64,000 nucleotides of DNA from Eledone cirrhosa (GCA_964016885.1 OZ024741.1:337156001-337220000); one strand, 5' to 3'. Positions 13,068 to 25,129 are shown, numbered from the stretch's first letter. The notes: a model not told the origin generated them from the letters alone. Program-made: numbers and translations.

Positions 13068-13739
13068 AGCTACAACCAAAGAGACAGAATCGGAGTATAC
13101 GAAGAAGCCACGGAGAAGTATTAGACCCTCATAGAACTGGACATGAAAGGAATTTGCCCATTATACAGGAGCAAATCATGGAATAGCTTAGATAGGACTA
13201 GACATAAGATAGGGAAAGCCACCTCATGGTACGACAACCAGAGATACCAAAATGTCATGTTTGTCGACGCTACCCCTGGAGGGAAATTAGCTAATCAGTG
13301 TAGAAAGGCCCTGAGAAAGACCCACTTAAAGATTAAGGTGGTAGAAAAGCCAGGAACCACCATAAAATCCCTGATCAGCAAAACCTACTCTTTTAAGAAA
13401 ACCCACTGTACTAATAGGAAATGTATTATATGTAAAGTAAACCCCCGGATAAACTGTAAAACTAGAAACGTAGTCTATAACATAAGATGTACAGAGGGTA
13501 CTTGCAGAAACATGACAACAACATACATAGGCGAGACACCTCGTAGCATAAGTGAAAGGATAGACCAACACTGGGGGGAACTAAAAGGACGAAAAAACAG
13601 TTCAGTACTATACGAACATGCCAGACAACAACACAACGGTAATATAGACAACATAGAAATTAGAATAATATCTAAAGATAGAAATGACCCAGCAGATAGG
13701 CAAATCAGAGAGGCCAGTGAAATAGAAGGCCAAGGCTAA
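13068..13739 (+). pseudogene. Penelope-like ORF C-terminus: RT thumb, Cys-rich linker, GIY-YIG endonuclease
   Basis: SYNQRDRIGVYEEATEKY*TLIELDMKGICPLYR...FVDATPGG...CTNRKCIIC...CKTRNVVYNIRC...TYIGETPRSISERIDQH...REASEI; one in-frame stop upstream of the annotated ATG at 13143. Confidence 0.88.
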
Positions 13740-14041
13740 ACAGAAAAAAATGAATGGAATAACAACAACACCCAAATAAACAATACTGACCTAAGAGAAG
13801 TATAAATAAATAAATAAATACATTCACAAGCACAATAACCCAAATACATATAAACACACACTAGTAAACTAAGATAGAATACAATAACCAATACACAGTC
13901 ACCCAAACACAAACACACATCAAACACTATAAACACATGCAAATGCATACGCAGAGAAGAAGACAAAAATAAATAAATATATAAATAAACAGACTAAATA
14001 AAGATGGCGTAGGCATACAATACAACAGGAGGAAACATAAT

Positions 14042-14090
14042 AGCACCACTGATGATGTTGCAGATGTGCAACGAAAGAACTTTGTTAGAC
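14042..14090 (+). ncRNA. Minimal Penelope-type hammerhead ribozyme motif (partly degenerate)
   Basis: CUGAUGA (14049-14055), U, stem II GUUGCA-gaug-UGCAAC (perfect 6 bp), GAAA, gaacuu; stems I and III weak. Confidence 0.65.
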
Positions 14091-14335
14091 TATAGATATG
14101 TGTTTGTGTCTATATTATATCTGTATTTTTTACCGTTGGTCTGTCAATGGTAACATTGAGGACCGAATAAATTAAATTAACTGATATAAAAGATACAGAA
14201 GCGAAAACCAACCAAACAGTGAGTGTGTTCTGTTATTAATTCTGGCAATATTATTACACAAATATGACCCTCCCCAAGTATAACAATATTTGTTTCGACA
14301 CACGATTTCATATCAAAAACCTCGCAAAACTAATA

Positions 14336-14370
<35 letters not shown>

Positions 14371-14439
14371 CATGAATGGACCTATTATTTTTATCTAAAG
14401 ACATTTTTTCCAATTCCATCCTGCCCATCCCCTTAATCT

Positions 14440-14577
14440 ATTTTATTTCTCATTTTTTCTGCTGATGAAGGACTAGTGTCCGAAACGTTAAGACCCTCTT
14501 CCTGCTATATCAAGCGTTAACCTAATATATATCTTCCATATACTGTACCGATTGTGTTGTTATTTCTGTTTACCTTT

Positions 14578-14580
<3 letters not shown>
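14440..14580 (+). mobile_element. Short repeat carrying a minimal hammerhead motif (probably Penelope pLTR-derived)
   Basis: CUGAUGA-A-GGAC-uagu-GUCC-GAAA-CGUU at 14462-14489; related copies at 9735-9858 (-) and 62380-62495 (+); followed by (TA)n. Confidence 0.7.
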
Positions 14581-14641
<61 letters not shown>

Positions 14642-14668
14642 AATTATATATATATATATATATATATA

Positions 14669-17559
14669 ACTAACTATCTGTAACACTAACTTCAAAAAAC
14701 GAGACAATCACTTGATCACCTACAGATCAGGGGAACATACCAGCCAGGTAGATTATATCCTTACCAGAAGACGTAACAGAGGGACTGTTGTAAACACTAA
14801 ATCCCTCCCCCATGAAGAATGCACCTCCCAACATAGACTGATAATTAGCGACCTAATAGTCAGGACGAGACGTACTAGACAACAGAAGAGGACTATCCTC
14901 AGGAGAAAAATATGGAAGTTAAAGGACCCCACAGCCAGAAATAAATTTCAAAGCATATTACTTGATGCTTTCGACAGTAAGGAAGAGCAATTAGAGTCGT
15001 ACAAGGTAGAGGGACAGTGGGAATTCCTGAAAGCAAACCTGCTGATGGCGGCAGACGAAGTCTGTGGCTGGAGCAGGCCTGTAGGCAGGAGGAGAGTAAC
15101 ATGGTGGTGGAACAGTAAGGTGGAGGGGTCAATTAAGGCCAAAAAGCAGGCTTGGAAAGTATGGCGGGATGGGGGAAGCAGAGAAGACTATCAAGTGGCC
15201 AGGAGGGAAGCTAGGAGACAAGTGTACTTCGCAAGAAGGGAAGCAGAGGAAAGAAAGTTCAAGCATGTTCTACAACGCGAGGACCAAAAACGTGAGGTGT
15301 TCAGGATTGCTAGGCAATGTGTCAAGGAAAACAGTGATATTGTCGGGGAGAAGTGTGTACTTAATGATGACGGCGTACTTGCCATCACCGACGCTGATAA
15401 GAAGGTAGCTTGGAAGTGTCACTATGAAAGGCTACTAAATGAGGAGAATAAATGGGAGAAAGACAGTCTCCCCCACATCGACCCAATAGAGGGACCAGCA
15501 GTGTTAGTCGAGGGTAGTATAATAAGTAAGGCAATCAAAGATATGAAGACGGGTAAGGCGGCTGGGCCTTCGGAAATAGTTGCCGAGATGCTGAAGGCAT
15601 CTGGTACGGTGGGACACACCATGGTCACCCGGATAGTCAACCAAGTCATACAGAATGGGGTTGTTCCGAAGGACTGGCGTAGCAGCATCATCGTTAACTG
15701 TTATAAGGGTAAAGGAGATGCCCTAGATAGGAGTAACTATAGAGGCATTAAATTAATCGACCAGGTCATGAAGGTCACGGAAAAAGTAATAGCGCAACTA
15801 ATCAGAGAGCGAATTGATCTAGATGAAATGCAGTTCGGGTTTGTGTCAGTAAAAAGTACCACAGACGCACTTTTCATTGTACGACAACTACAGGAGAAGT
15901 ACCTAGCTAAAAGTAAACCCCTATACTTAGCTTTCGTCGACTTGGAGAAAGCCTTCGACAGAGTCCCCCGTTCCATTATCTGGTGGGCTCTTAGAAAACT
16001 AGGTGTTGATGAATGGCTTGTGAGAGCTATACAAGCCATGTATAAAGAAACAGTCAGCAAGGTTAGAATTAACAACGAGTATAGTGAAGAGTTTAGTGTA
16101 AAAGTTGGTGTTCATCAGGGCTCTGTTCTTAGCCCCCTACTATTTATTATTGCCCTCCAGGCTATAACAGTGGAGTTCAAGACCGGCTGCCCATGGGAAC
16201 TCCTATACGCAGATGATCTAACGCTCATAGCTGAATCAATGGCCGAGCTAGAGAAGAAATTCCAAACATGGAAGCACGGCCTAGAATCAAAAGGCCTTAA
16301 AATTAACCTGGCTAAGACTAAAGTTCTAGTTTGTAAGAAAGAAAATAAGGCGGCGGTCCCCTCCGGGAAGTGGCCATGCTCAGTGTGTAGGAAAGGCGTA
16401 GGTAGAAACTCCATTTTGTGTCCCAAATGCAAAGTATTGGTGCATAAAAGATGTAGTGGGATCACAGGTAAGCTAACTAAGAACATAGATTTTACATGTG
16501 GCCAGTGTTCTGGGGCAATAAGTAGCAGCAAGTGCCTACAAAATACTAGCTCTTTCAACTGCGCAGAGGGTTCTATAGAAATAGTGGACAGCTTCCGTTA
16601 CCTGGGTGACAAAATCAGCAGTGGGAGAGGGTGCTCTGAAAGTACAGTAGCTAGAGTCAGAACTGGATGGAAAAAGTTCAGAGAGCTTATACCGCTATTA
16701 GCCGCTAAAGGGTTCTCCCTAAAAATGAAAGGCAGGTTGTACAATGCCTGCATACGAACAGCAATGTTGCATGGCAGTGAGACCTGGGCATTGTGTGCAG
16801 AGGATATACGCAGACTAGAGAGAAACGAAGCTTGCATGCTCCGCTGGATGTGTAATAGTAATATACGTGAACGGCAAAGCATAAACGAACTAAGGAAAAA
16901 ATTAGAAATAAGAGGGATCAGATGTTGTTTACTCGAGAGAAGGCTACGTTGGTATGGTCACGTGATGCGCATGAAGGACGATAGCTGTATAACAAAGTGG
17001 AGGGCAATAAAGATAGACGGTAGCCACGGAATAGGCAGACCCAGAAAAACCTGGGACGAGCTGATAAATTCCGACCTCACACACTTACACCTCACCAAGA
17101 CAATGTCACTGGACCGAGACCTTTGGCGGTACTCAGTAATAGAGAAGACCCGCCTTACCTAAATACAAAGTTAAACCTACTACAGTCAGTAGGCATCTCT
17201 AACAAAATACACCCCCGTCCCACCACCCCCACCCCATCCACACCGCCCCTTTCAATGTAAAGTTATGTTGGTGCCACAACATCCAAGCCGAAACAAATGA
17301 GATCGTGTAGGTGTCACGTAAAAAAACACACAGTTCACGCTGTAATGTGGCCTTGTAGGCAACACGGTAAAAACCTCCCAGCCCCACACTGTAAATGTGG
17401 TTGGTGTTAGGAAGGGCATCCAGCTGTAGAAAACCCGCCAGATAGTCCTATGCGAGCAAGATAACCACTCTTGCCTCAAGTGGGAAAACCCTCCGTCCAA
17501 ACCCATGCAAGCGTGGAACACGGACATTAAACGATGATGATGATGATGATGATGATGAT
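14669..17559 (+). mobile_element. RTE-clade LINE, 5'-truncated, with ~400-bp 3' UTR and (GAT)n tail
   Basis: Starts within the APE C-terminus (ICNTNFKKRDNHLITYRSG), abuts (TA)n, and ends in ttaaacgatgatgat. Confidence 0.95.
14712..17162 (+). CDS. RTE LINE ORF (partial APE, RT, PHD-like Cys/His finger); open frame but N-terminally truncated
   Basis: QVDYIL, NYRGIKL, QFGF, FVDLEKAFDRV, GVHQGSVLSP, YADD, CSVC...CPKC...HKRC...CGQC, FRYLG, RLRWYGHVMR, GRPRKTW. Confidence 0.9.
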   Translation: MITYRSGEHTSQVDYILTRRRNRGTVVNTKSLPHEECTSQHRLIISDLIVRTRRTRQQKRTILRRKIWKLKDPTARNKFQSILLDAFDSKEEQLESYKVEGQWEFLKANLLMAADEVCGWSRPVGRRRVTWWWNSKVEGSIKAKKQAWKVWRDGGSREDYQVARREARRQVYFARREAEERKFKHVLQREDQKREVFRIARQCVKENSDIVGEKCVLNDDGVLAITDADKKVAWKCHYERLLNEENKWEKDSLPHIDPIEGPAVLVEGSIISKAIKDMKTGKAAGPSEIVAEMLKASGTVGHTMVTRIVNQVIQNGVVPKDWRSSIIVNCYKGKGDALDRSNYRGIKLIDQVMKVTEKVIAQLIRERIDLDEMQFGFVSVKSTTDALFIVRQLQEKYLAKSKPLYLAFVDLEKAFDRVPRSIIWWALRKLGVDEWLVRAIQAMYKETVSKVRINNEYSEEFSVKVGVHQGSVLSPLLFIIALQAITVEFKTGCPWELLYADDLTLIAESMAELEKKFQTWKHGLESKGLKINLAKTKVLVCKKENKAAVPSGKWPCSVCRKGVGRNSILCPKCKVLVHKRCSGITGKLTKNIDFTCGQCSGAISSSKCLQNTSSFNCAEGSIEIVDSFRYLGDKISSGRGCSESTVARVRTGWKKFRELIPLLAAKGFSLKMKGRLYNACIRTAMLHGSETWALCAEDIRRLERNEACMLRWMCNSNIRERQSINELRKKLEIRGIRCCLLERRLRWYGHVMRMKDDSCITKWRAIKIDGSHGIGRPRKTWDELINSDLTHLHLTKTMSLDRDLWRYSVIEKTRLT

Positions 17560-17588
17560 ATATATCTTTGGCGCTACACAATAATACA

Positions 17589-17997
17589 GAAGACCCGCCT
17601 TGCCTAAGTACAAAGCGAAACCTACAGTCAGTAGGCACCTCTAACAAAAATACACCCCTGTCCCACTACCCTCACCCCATCCACACCACCCCTTTCGATG
17701 TAAAGTTATGTTGGTACCACAACATCTAGTCCGAAATAAATAAGGTTGTGTAGGTGTCACGACAAAAAAACACACAGTCTACACTGTAATGTGGCCGTGT
17801 AGGTAACATGGTAAAAACGTCCCAGTCCACACTGTAAACGTGGTTGGTGTTAGGAAGGGCATCCAGCCGTAGAAAACCCACCAGACAGTCCTATATGAGC
17901 AAGACAACCAATCTTGCCTCACGTGGGAAAATTCCCATCCAAACCCATGCAAGCCTGGGAGATGGACGTTAAATGATGATGATGATGATGATGATGA
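17589..17997 (+). mobile_element. 3' UTR-only, more diverged copy of the same RTE family
   Basis: Aligns to 17143-17559; (GAT)n tail followed by (TA)n. Confidence 0.9.
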
Positions 17998-18829
17998 TAT
18001 ATATATATAATTATATATATATATATACACATATAAATACATATTTATGCATATATAATCATGTATATATATGTGTATATATATATATATATATATTTCA
18101 ATCATATCTCATTTTGTTTGACCCGTTTAGCTTGTTCGCTTTTTTGGCTAAGGTGGTTATTGGCCCTCTTAACCATTGTCTCAGCGTGTATGACCATTTT
18201 AACTTATGTTTATAGCTCTGGTATCTTCTTCATATCCATGGAGCACTGTCTGCACAATACAGAAGTTGCGTTTCACTAATTTCTACCCGCCGAAATGCGA
18301 TTCTCGCTAAATTTATATTTATATATAAATATTGAGTTAAGAACTCAAAGTAGTCTCTTACAATTAAATAGCTCTAAGAAAAAAGCTTTTCCGAGCTGTA
18401 CAATATAATTGAATAAACAAGAGAGATGAACACTAATATAAACATACATGTGTTCGAAACGTAAGGACCAAATTTGCTATGGTGAAAAAATACTAACTAC
18501 AGCAATATGGTTTGTTATCTTTAACTTTAAATATTAAATTAAGAAAAATCAAGAAAAATAACAGACCTATATTGGGCAAAACGCCTGGTAACAACCAGAC
18601 AGTATTGGGGACTGTCTCGCAACATCTTATTAAGTGAAGTTCTGACTTTTCTCTGCTCCTCAGTAGTTGTTGAGAAATTAGTGATCCTTTCACTTCTAAA
18701 AATATTAGAGAATGAATTGTGTGCGATATGAAATATCGCACGTGTCATTCAGAACCCAGCTTGTCTCGAAATTCCCTGCTGCTAAAAATAGCAGCTTGGC
18801 TGACAGGACATTAAAAATTAGCTCTACGG

Positions 18830-19638
18830 AATTTAGAGATCCACAGACATGGAACTGTTAAAAAGAGGAGACCTTAAAAAAGCTACAGAAGAAATGCTAA
18901 TGGCCACGCAAGAGAAAGCCCTCAGAACGAAGTAGGTTAAACAATATTGACAAGCAGGAGGCTAGCCCACTCTGTAGGATCTGTGGAGAGAGAGAGGAGA
19001 CTGTGGTTCACATTGTATCCAAGTGTAAACACCTAGCCCAGACTCACTATAAAAGCTGGAGACATGATGTGACAGGCAGGGTGATCCACTGGCATCTATG
19101 TAAAGTAAACAATTTACCACATTCTGAGAAGTGGTATGAGCATAAGCCAGAGTCGGGGATAGAAAACGGTCAGGTGAAGGTGCTATGAAATTTTAGGATA
19201 CAGATGGACAAGAAACTGGAACACAATAGGCCTGACTTGGTGGTTTTGGACAAGGAAAAAAGATTGTGCCTGATTGTAGATGTAGTCTGCCCATTTGACA
19301 CGAGAGTGCAAGAAAAGGAGAGGGAGAAAATTAACCGATACCAGGATTTAAAGTGAGAGTTAAAAAAAAGGATTTGGAACTGCCATGAAATCAAGGTCGT
19401 CCCGATTGTCATAGGCACACTAGGTACTATCTCAAAGCGTTTCCAAGGATGGTTAAAGAAGATTAGTCCAGCCCTGCTTTTTGGAAAACTTCAAAAGGCA
19501 TGCTTGGTGGGAACAGGAAAAACCCTCCGATATGTCCTGAATATCTGAGGCTGCAGGTAGCTGCTTGATAGTCATTTCAACAAACTTTCCAGTTAAATAA
19601 CATCAATGACTGAGACTCAAAGAACAATAATAATAATT
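18830..19638 (+). mobile_element. R4/Dong-like RLE non-LTR retrotransposon, decayed 3' fragment
   Basis: CRICGEREETVVHIVSKC (CCHC), RHD, WYEHKP, HNRPDLVV...IVDVVCPFD (PD...D nuclease), VVPIVIGTLG, LQKACLVGT; stops and frameshifts; (AAT)n tail. Confidence 0.88.
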
Positions 19639-19639
19639 G

Positions 19640-20480
19640 TTTCTAGGCCAGCAATTATCCCAGTGCATTACTGGTACTTTATTTTATCGACCACATAAGG
19701 AGGAAAGGCAAAGTCAACCTCGGCAGGATATGAACTCAGAACATAAAGAGCCATAACTCTATGCTGCAAACATGGTGTCCAACCCTCTACTGATATTGCC
19801 AATCCACTGCCATTAATGATAATAATAATAATAATAATGATTTCTTTATTATTGGCCACAAGGGCCGAACATAGAGGACAATACAAAGATGGTGACAGTG
19901 GGGATTTACATGCAATCGCGTAAAAAAATTAACAAAACAGATAAAAAAAAAATATCAACACCAGAATTCCTTGCAAAGACAGTTACTGTTGTTTGTGCCC
20001 TTATCGCATTTTATATGACAATTGATTATAAAATGTGTGTATTACCAAATATTTTCTCAGGTGTCAGGTTGACAATCGATATGATTTTGGAAAGAAGCAG
20101 AATTCAAAGAAACTTTCAAATAATGATAATAATAGTAATTTTGAGGGATGAGGGGAAAGTCGATTAAATCGACCCCAGTGTGTGACTGGTACTTTATTTT
20201 ATAGATTGCAGAAGAATGAAAGATAAAGCTGACTTCAACAAGATTTGATCAAATAATATAAAGAGTTGGAACAAATACTAAACTTACAGAATAATTGTTT
20301 CTACTTTTGGCACAAGGCCAGCAATTATCCCAGTGTATTACTTGTGCTTTATTTTATTGACCCCTGTAAGGATGAAAGGCAAAGTTAACCTCGGCAGGAT
20401 TTGAACTGAGACCATAAAGGGCCGTAACTCTTTGCTGCAAAGCATAGTGTCAAACCCTCTACTGATACTGCCAATCCACT
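19640..20480 (-). mobile_element. Cluster of three tRNA-derived SINE copies plus a Tx1-like 3' tail remnant at ~19840-19930
   Basis: Repeated ctggtactttattttatcgacc...ggatgaaaggcaaagttaacctcggcaggatttgaact...ctgccaatcc motif. Confidence 0.8.
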
Positions 20481-21540
20481 AAACTTACAGAATAATATCA
20501 ATAAGAAATACTACAACAGCAGCAACTACTACAACAACAACAGCTACAATAATAGCAGCCGCCACCACTACTACTATTACACATGTTGTTATGGTACTGA
20601 AAATGTAGCTTTGTTGTTAAGTGGTTACCCTTTTCATTGTCCTTTTATATTTTAAATGCTTTTGTTAATTTTATCAGTGTCAATGTTTATAATGAACTTT
20701 TGCAACAAAACCATTCAATTTTATTTCGCATTCAGCTAACAATTGATATTTCTTTTTTCAAACATTGTTTTGTATTCATTCAAAGATATTATTAATCTCT
20801 TCAATTAGCAAGAATCTTAATATAATGCCCACTGAGAAGGGAGAAATCTCTAAAGGGCAATCATTTTTCTATGAAGACTGTAATACATTTTATGAAATGC
20901 CTTTTCCAATGATAATATATGGATTTTGAGAAGAAATTTCAAAAAATATCTTCTGGTACAAGTTCAATTGAAAATCATAAAACAATAGTTGCTAACATGG
21001 CTGTTTGATTAATAAGTTTGGTTAAAAACCACAAGGTCTTGGGTTCTCTCTTACTGTATGACACTTTGAGTAAGCATCTAAAACAGCCTCAGGCCAACCA
21101 ATGTTTTGAGAGTTAATTGCTAGATAGAAACTGTGAGAAAGCACTCCTTTTTAGCAAAATCATTAAGGTATCTAATAAAGAATACTTGTGTTTGTTCCAG
21201 CTCCTTCTGATCTGGGTTCCAATCCTAACAAGGTCAACTTTCCCTTTGCATTTTGAGGCATTCCTATTCAAGTTATTTTTTTTCTCAGTCTATCTTTCCA
21301 TAGCAGGACTTAAGGTTGAAATGTCAAAAATCTTGTTATTTTCCTTTTCCAGAGTGTCAATCTAATAAGTACACTTTTTACCTTATAAATTATGAACCTA
21401 CATGCACATACAGACACATACACACACATACATGTATGCACACACATACACACATACACACAAACACACACATACACATGCAGATTCATGACAACAGAGA
21501 AGAATGTTTGGTAAATGAAAATGACCAATGATATATATAT

Positions 21541-22644
21541 CATCATCATCATCATCATCATCAACGTTTAACGTCCGTGTTCCACGCTTGCATGGGTTTG
21601 GACGGGGGTTTTCCCACTTGAGGCAAGAGTGGTTGTCTTGCTCGCATAGGACTATCTGGCGGGTTTTGTACAGCTGGATGCCCTTCCTAACACCAACCAC
21701 ATTTACAGTGTGGGGCTGGGAGGTTTTTACCGTGTTGCCTACACGGCCACATTACAGCGTGGACTGTCTGGCGGGTTTTGTACAGCTGGATGCCCTTCCT
21801 AACACCAACCACATTTACAGTGCGGGACTGGGAGGTTTTTACCGTGTTGCCTACACGGCCACATTACAGCGTGGACTGTCTGGCGGGTTTTGTACAGCTG
21901 GATGCCCTTCCTAACACCAACCACATTTACAGTGCGGGACTGGGAGGTTTTTACCGTGTTGCCTACACGGCCACATTACAGCGTGGACTGTCTGGCGGGT
22001 TTTCTACAGCTGGATGCCCTTCCTAACACCAACCACATTTACAGTGTGGGGCTGGGAGGTTTTTACCGTGTTGCCTACACAGCCACATTACAGCGTGGAC
22101 TGTCTGGCGGGTTTTCTACAGCTGGATGCCCTTCCTAACACCAACCACATTTACAGTGTGGGGCTGGGAGGTTTTTACCGTGTTGCCTACATGGCCACAT
22201 TACAGCGTGAACTGTGTGTTTTTTGACGTGACACCTACACGATCTCATTTGTTTCGGCCTGGATGTTGTGGCACCAACATAACTTCACATTGAAAGGGGC
22301 GGTGTGGATGGTGTGGGGGTGGTGGGACGGGGCTGTATTTTGTTAGAGAAGCCTACTGACTGTAGTAGGTTTTACTTTGTATTTAGGTAAGGCGGGTCTT
22401 CTCTATTACTGAGTACCGCCAAAGGTCTCGGTCCAGTGACATTGTCTTGGTGAGGTGTAAGTGTGTGAGGTCGGAATTTATCAGCTCGTCCCAGGTTTTT
22501 CTGGGTCTGCCTATTCTGTGGCTACCGTCTATCTTTATTGCCCTGCACTTTGTTATACAGCTGTCGTCTTTCATGCGCATCACGTGACCATACCAACGTA
22601 GCCTTCTCTCGAGTAAACAACATCTGATCCCTCTTATTTCTAAT
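21541..22644 (-). mobile_element. RTE LINE 3' fragment with five tandem 112-bp units in the 3' UTR
   Basis: ORF end (22383-22583) nearly identical to the 14712 ORF; units start at 21656, 21768, 21880, 21992 and 22104. Confidence 0.95.
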
Positions 22645-22661
22645 ATATTTATTCATATATA

Positions 22662-24594
22662 TCATCATCATCATCATCATCGGGTTTAGCGTCCGTGTTC
22701 CACGCTTGCATGGGTTTGGACGGGGGTTTTCCCACTTGAGGCAAGAGTGGTTGTCTTGCTCGCATAGAACTGTCTGGCGGGTTTTCTACAGCTGGATGCC
22801 CTTCCTAACACCAACCACATTTACAGTGTGGGGCTGGGAGGTTTTTACCGTGTTGCCTACATGGCCACATTACAGCGTGGACTGTCTGGCGGGTTTTCTA
22901 CAGCTGGATGCCCTTCCTAACACCAACCACATTTACAGTCTGGGGCTGGGAGGTTTTTACCGTGTTGCCTACACGGCCACATTTACAGCGTGGACTGTGT
23001 GTTTTTTTGTCGTGACACCTACACGATCTCATTTATTTCGGCCTGGATGTTGTGGGACCAACATAACTTTACATTGAAAGGGGCGGTGTGGATGGGGTGG
23101 AGGTGGTGGGACGGGGGTGTGTTTTGATAGAGATGCCTACTGACTGTAGTAGGTTTTTACTTTGTATTTAGGTAAGGCGGGTCTTCTCTATTACTGAGTA
23201 CCGCCAAAAGTCTCGGTCCAGTGACATTGTCTTGGAGAGGTGTAAGCGTGTGAGGTCGGAATTTATCAGCTCATCCCAGGTTTTTCTGGGTCTGCCTATT
23301 CCGTGGCTACCATCTATCTTTATTGCCCTGCACTTTGTTATACAGCTATCGTCCTTCATGCGCATCACGTGACCATACCAACGTAGCCTTCTCTCGAGTA
23401 AACAACATCTGATCCCTCTTATTTCTAATTTTTTCCCTAGTTCGTTTATGCTTTGCCGTTCACGTATATTACTATTGCACATCCAGCGGAGCATGCAAGC
23501 TTCGTTTCTCTCTAGTATGCGTATATCCTCTGCACACAATGCCCAGGTCTCACTGCCATGCAGCATTGCTGTTCGTATGCAGGCATCGTATAACCTGCCT
23601 TTCATTTTTAGGGAGAACCCTCTAGCGGCTAATAGTGGTATAAGCTCTCTGAACTTTTTCCATCCAGTTCTGACTCTAGCTACTGTACTTTCAGAGCACC
23701 CTCCCCCACTGCTGATTTTGTCACCCAGGTAACGGAAGCTGTCCACTATTTCTATAGAACCCTCTGCGCAGTTGAAGGAGCTAGTATTTTGTGGGCACTT
23801 GCTGCTACTTATTGCACCAGAGCACCGGCCACATGTAAAATCTATGTTCTTAGTTAGCTTACCTGTGATCCCACTACATCTTTTATGCACCCATACTTTG
23901 CATTTGGGACATAAAATGGAGTTTCTACCTACGCCTTTCCTACACACTGAGCATGGCCATTTCCCAGAAGGGACCACCGCCTTATTTTCTTTCCTACAAA
24001 CTAGAACTTTAGTCTTAGCCAGGTTAATTTTAAGGCCCTTTGATTCTAGGCCGTGCTTCCATGTTTGGAATTTCTTCTCTAGTTCGGTCATTGATTCAGC
24101 TATGAGCGTTAGATCATATGCGTATAGGAGTTCCCATGGGCAGCCGGTCTTGAACTCCTCTGTTATGGCCTGAAGGGCAATAATAAATAGTAGGGGGCTA
24201 AGAACAGAGCCCTGATGGACACCAACTTTTACGCTAAACTCTTCACTATATTCGTTGTTAATTCTAACCTTACTGACTGTTTCTTTATACATGGCTTGTA
24301 TAGCTCTCACAAGCCATTCGTCAACACCTAGTTTTCTAAGAGACCACCAGATAATGGAACGGGGGACTCTGTCGAAGGCTTTCTCCAAGTCGACGAAAGC
24401 TAAGTATAGGGGTTTACTTTTAGCTAGGTACTTCTCCTGTAGTTGTCGTACGATGAAAAGAGCGTCTGTGGTACTGACACAAACCCGAACTGCATTTCAT
24501 CTAGATCAATTCTCTCTCTGATTAGTTGCGCTATTACTTTTTCCGTGACCTTCATGACCTGGTCGATTAATTTAATGCCTCTATAGTTACTCCT
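22662..24594 (-). mobile_element. RTE LINE 5'-truncated copy, disabled (YADD changed to YAYD, small deletion near 24475); two 112-bp UTR units
   Basis: ORF 23168-24388 nearly identical to the 14712 ORF; (CAT)n at the left end, (TA)n at the right. Confidence 0.95.
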
Positions 24595-25028
24595 CTAATA
24601 TATATATATTATATGTCAGTGACACGATAAATAGCACCCAGTCCATCCTAAAGGCACCCAGTCCAACCTGTCAATTGGTCATTTTGGTGCCATGATAAAA
24701 AGCACCCAGTCAACACTGAAAAAGTGGTTGACATTAGCAAAGGCATTTAGTCATAGAAACCAAGCCAGAAATAGTTCTGTGTGAGTAAGACATGGTCACC
24801 TGACCTGATTTGTCTCACAATGGGACAACTTGTCTAACCCATGCTAACATGTAAAAATGAACATTAAACATTGCTGGTGTTGATGATGACACACACACGC
24901 ACACACAGTGACGATGATGATAACTATGAAAATGATGATGATGATAATGATGATGATGATGAGGTGCTTTATGGAAAGGTTTCGTTTGAAATTCAAAGCT
25001 GACACACACCCTTATGTATGTCTATGTA

Positions 25029-25067
<39 letters not shown>

Positions 25068-25090
25068 ACACACACATACACACACATATG

Positions 25091-25129
<39 letters not shown>

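Larger units (their letters stand above)
12840..14289 (+). mobile_element. 5'-truncated Penelope-like element with ~228-bp inverted pseudo-LTR arms
   Basis: 12840-13067 is the reverse complement of 14062-14289 with few mismatches; the arms enclose the RT thumb, linker and GIY-YIG ORF; hammerhead motif at 14049; TA-rich flanks. Confidence 0.9.

Noticed and set aside
21649-22216. Regular direct repeats resembling a CRISPR array
   Set aside because: The units are contiguous 112-bp copies with no unique spacers, derive from a LINE 3' UTR, and the context is eukaryotic with no cas genes.
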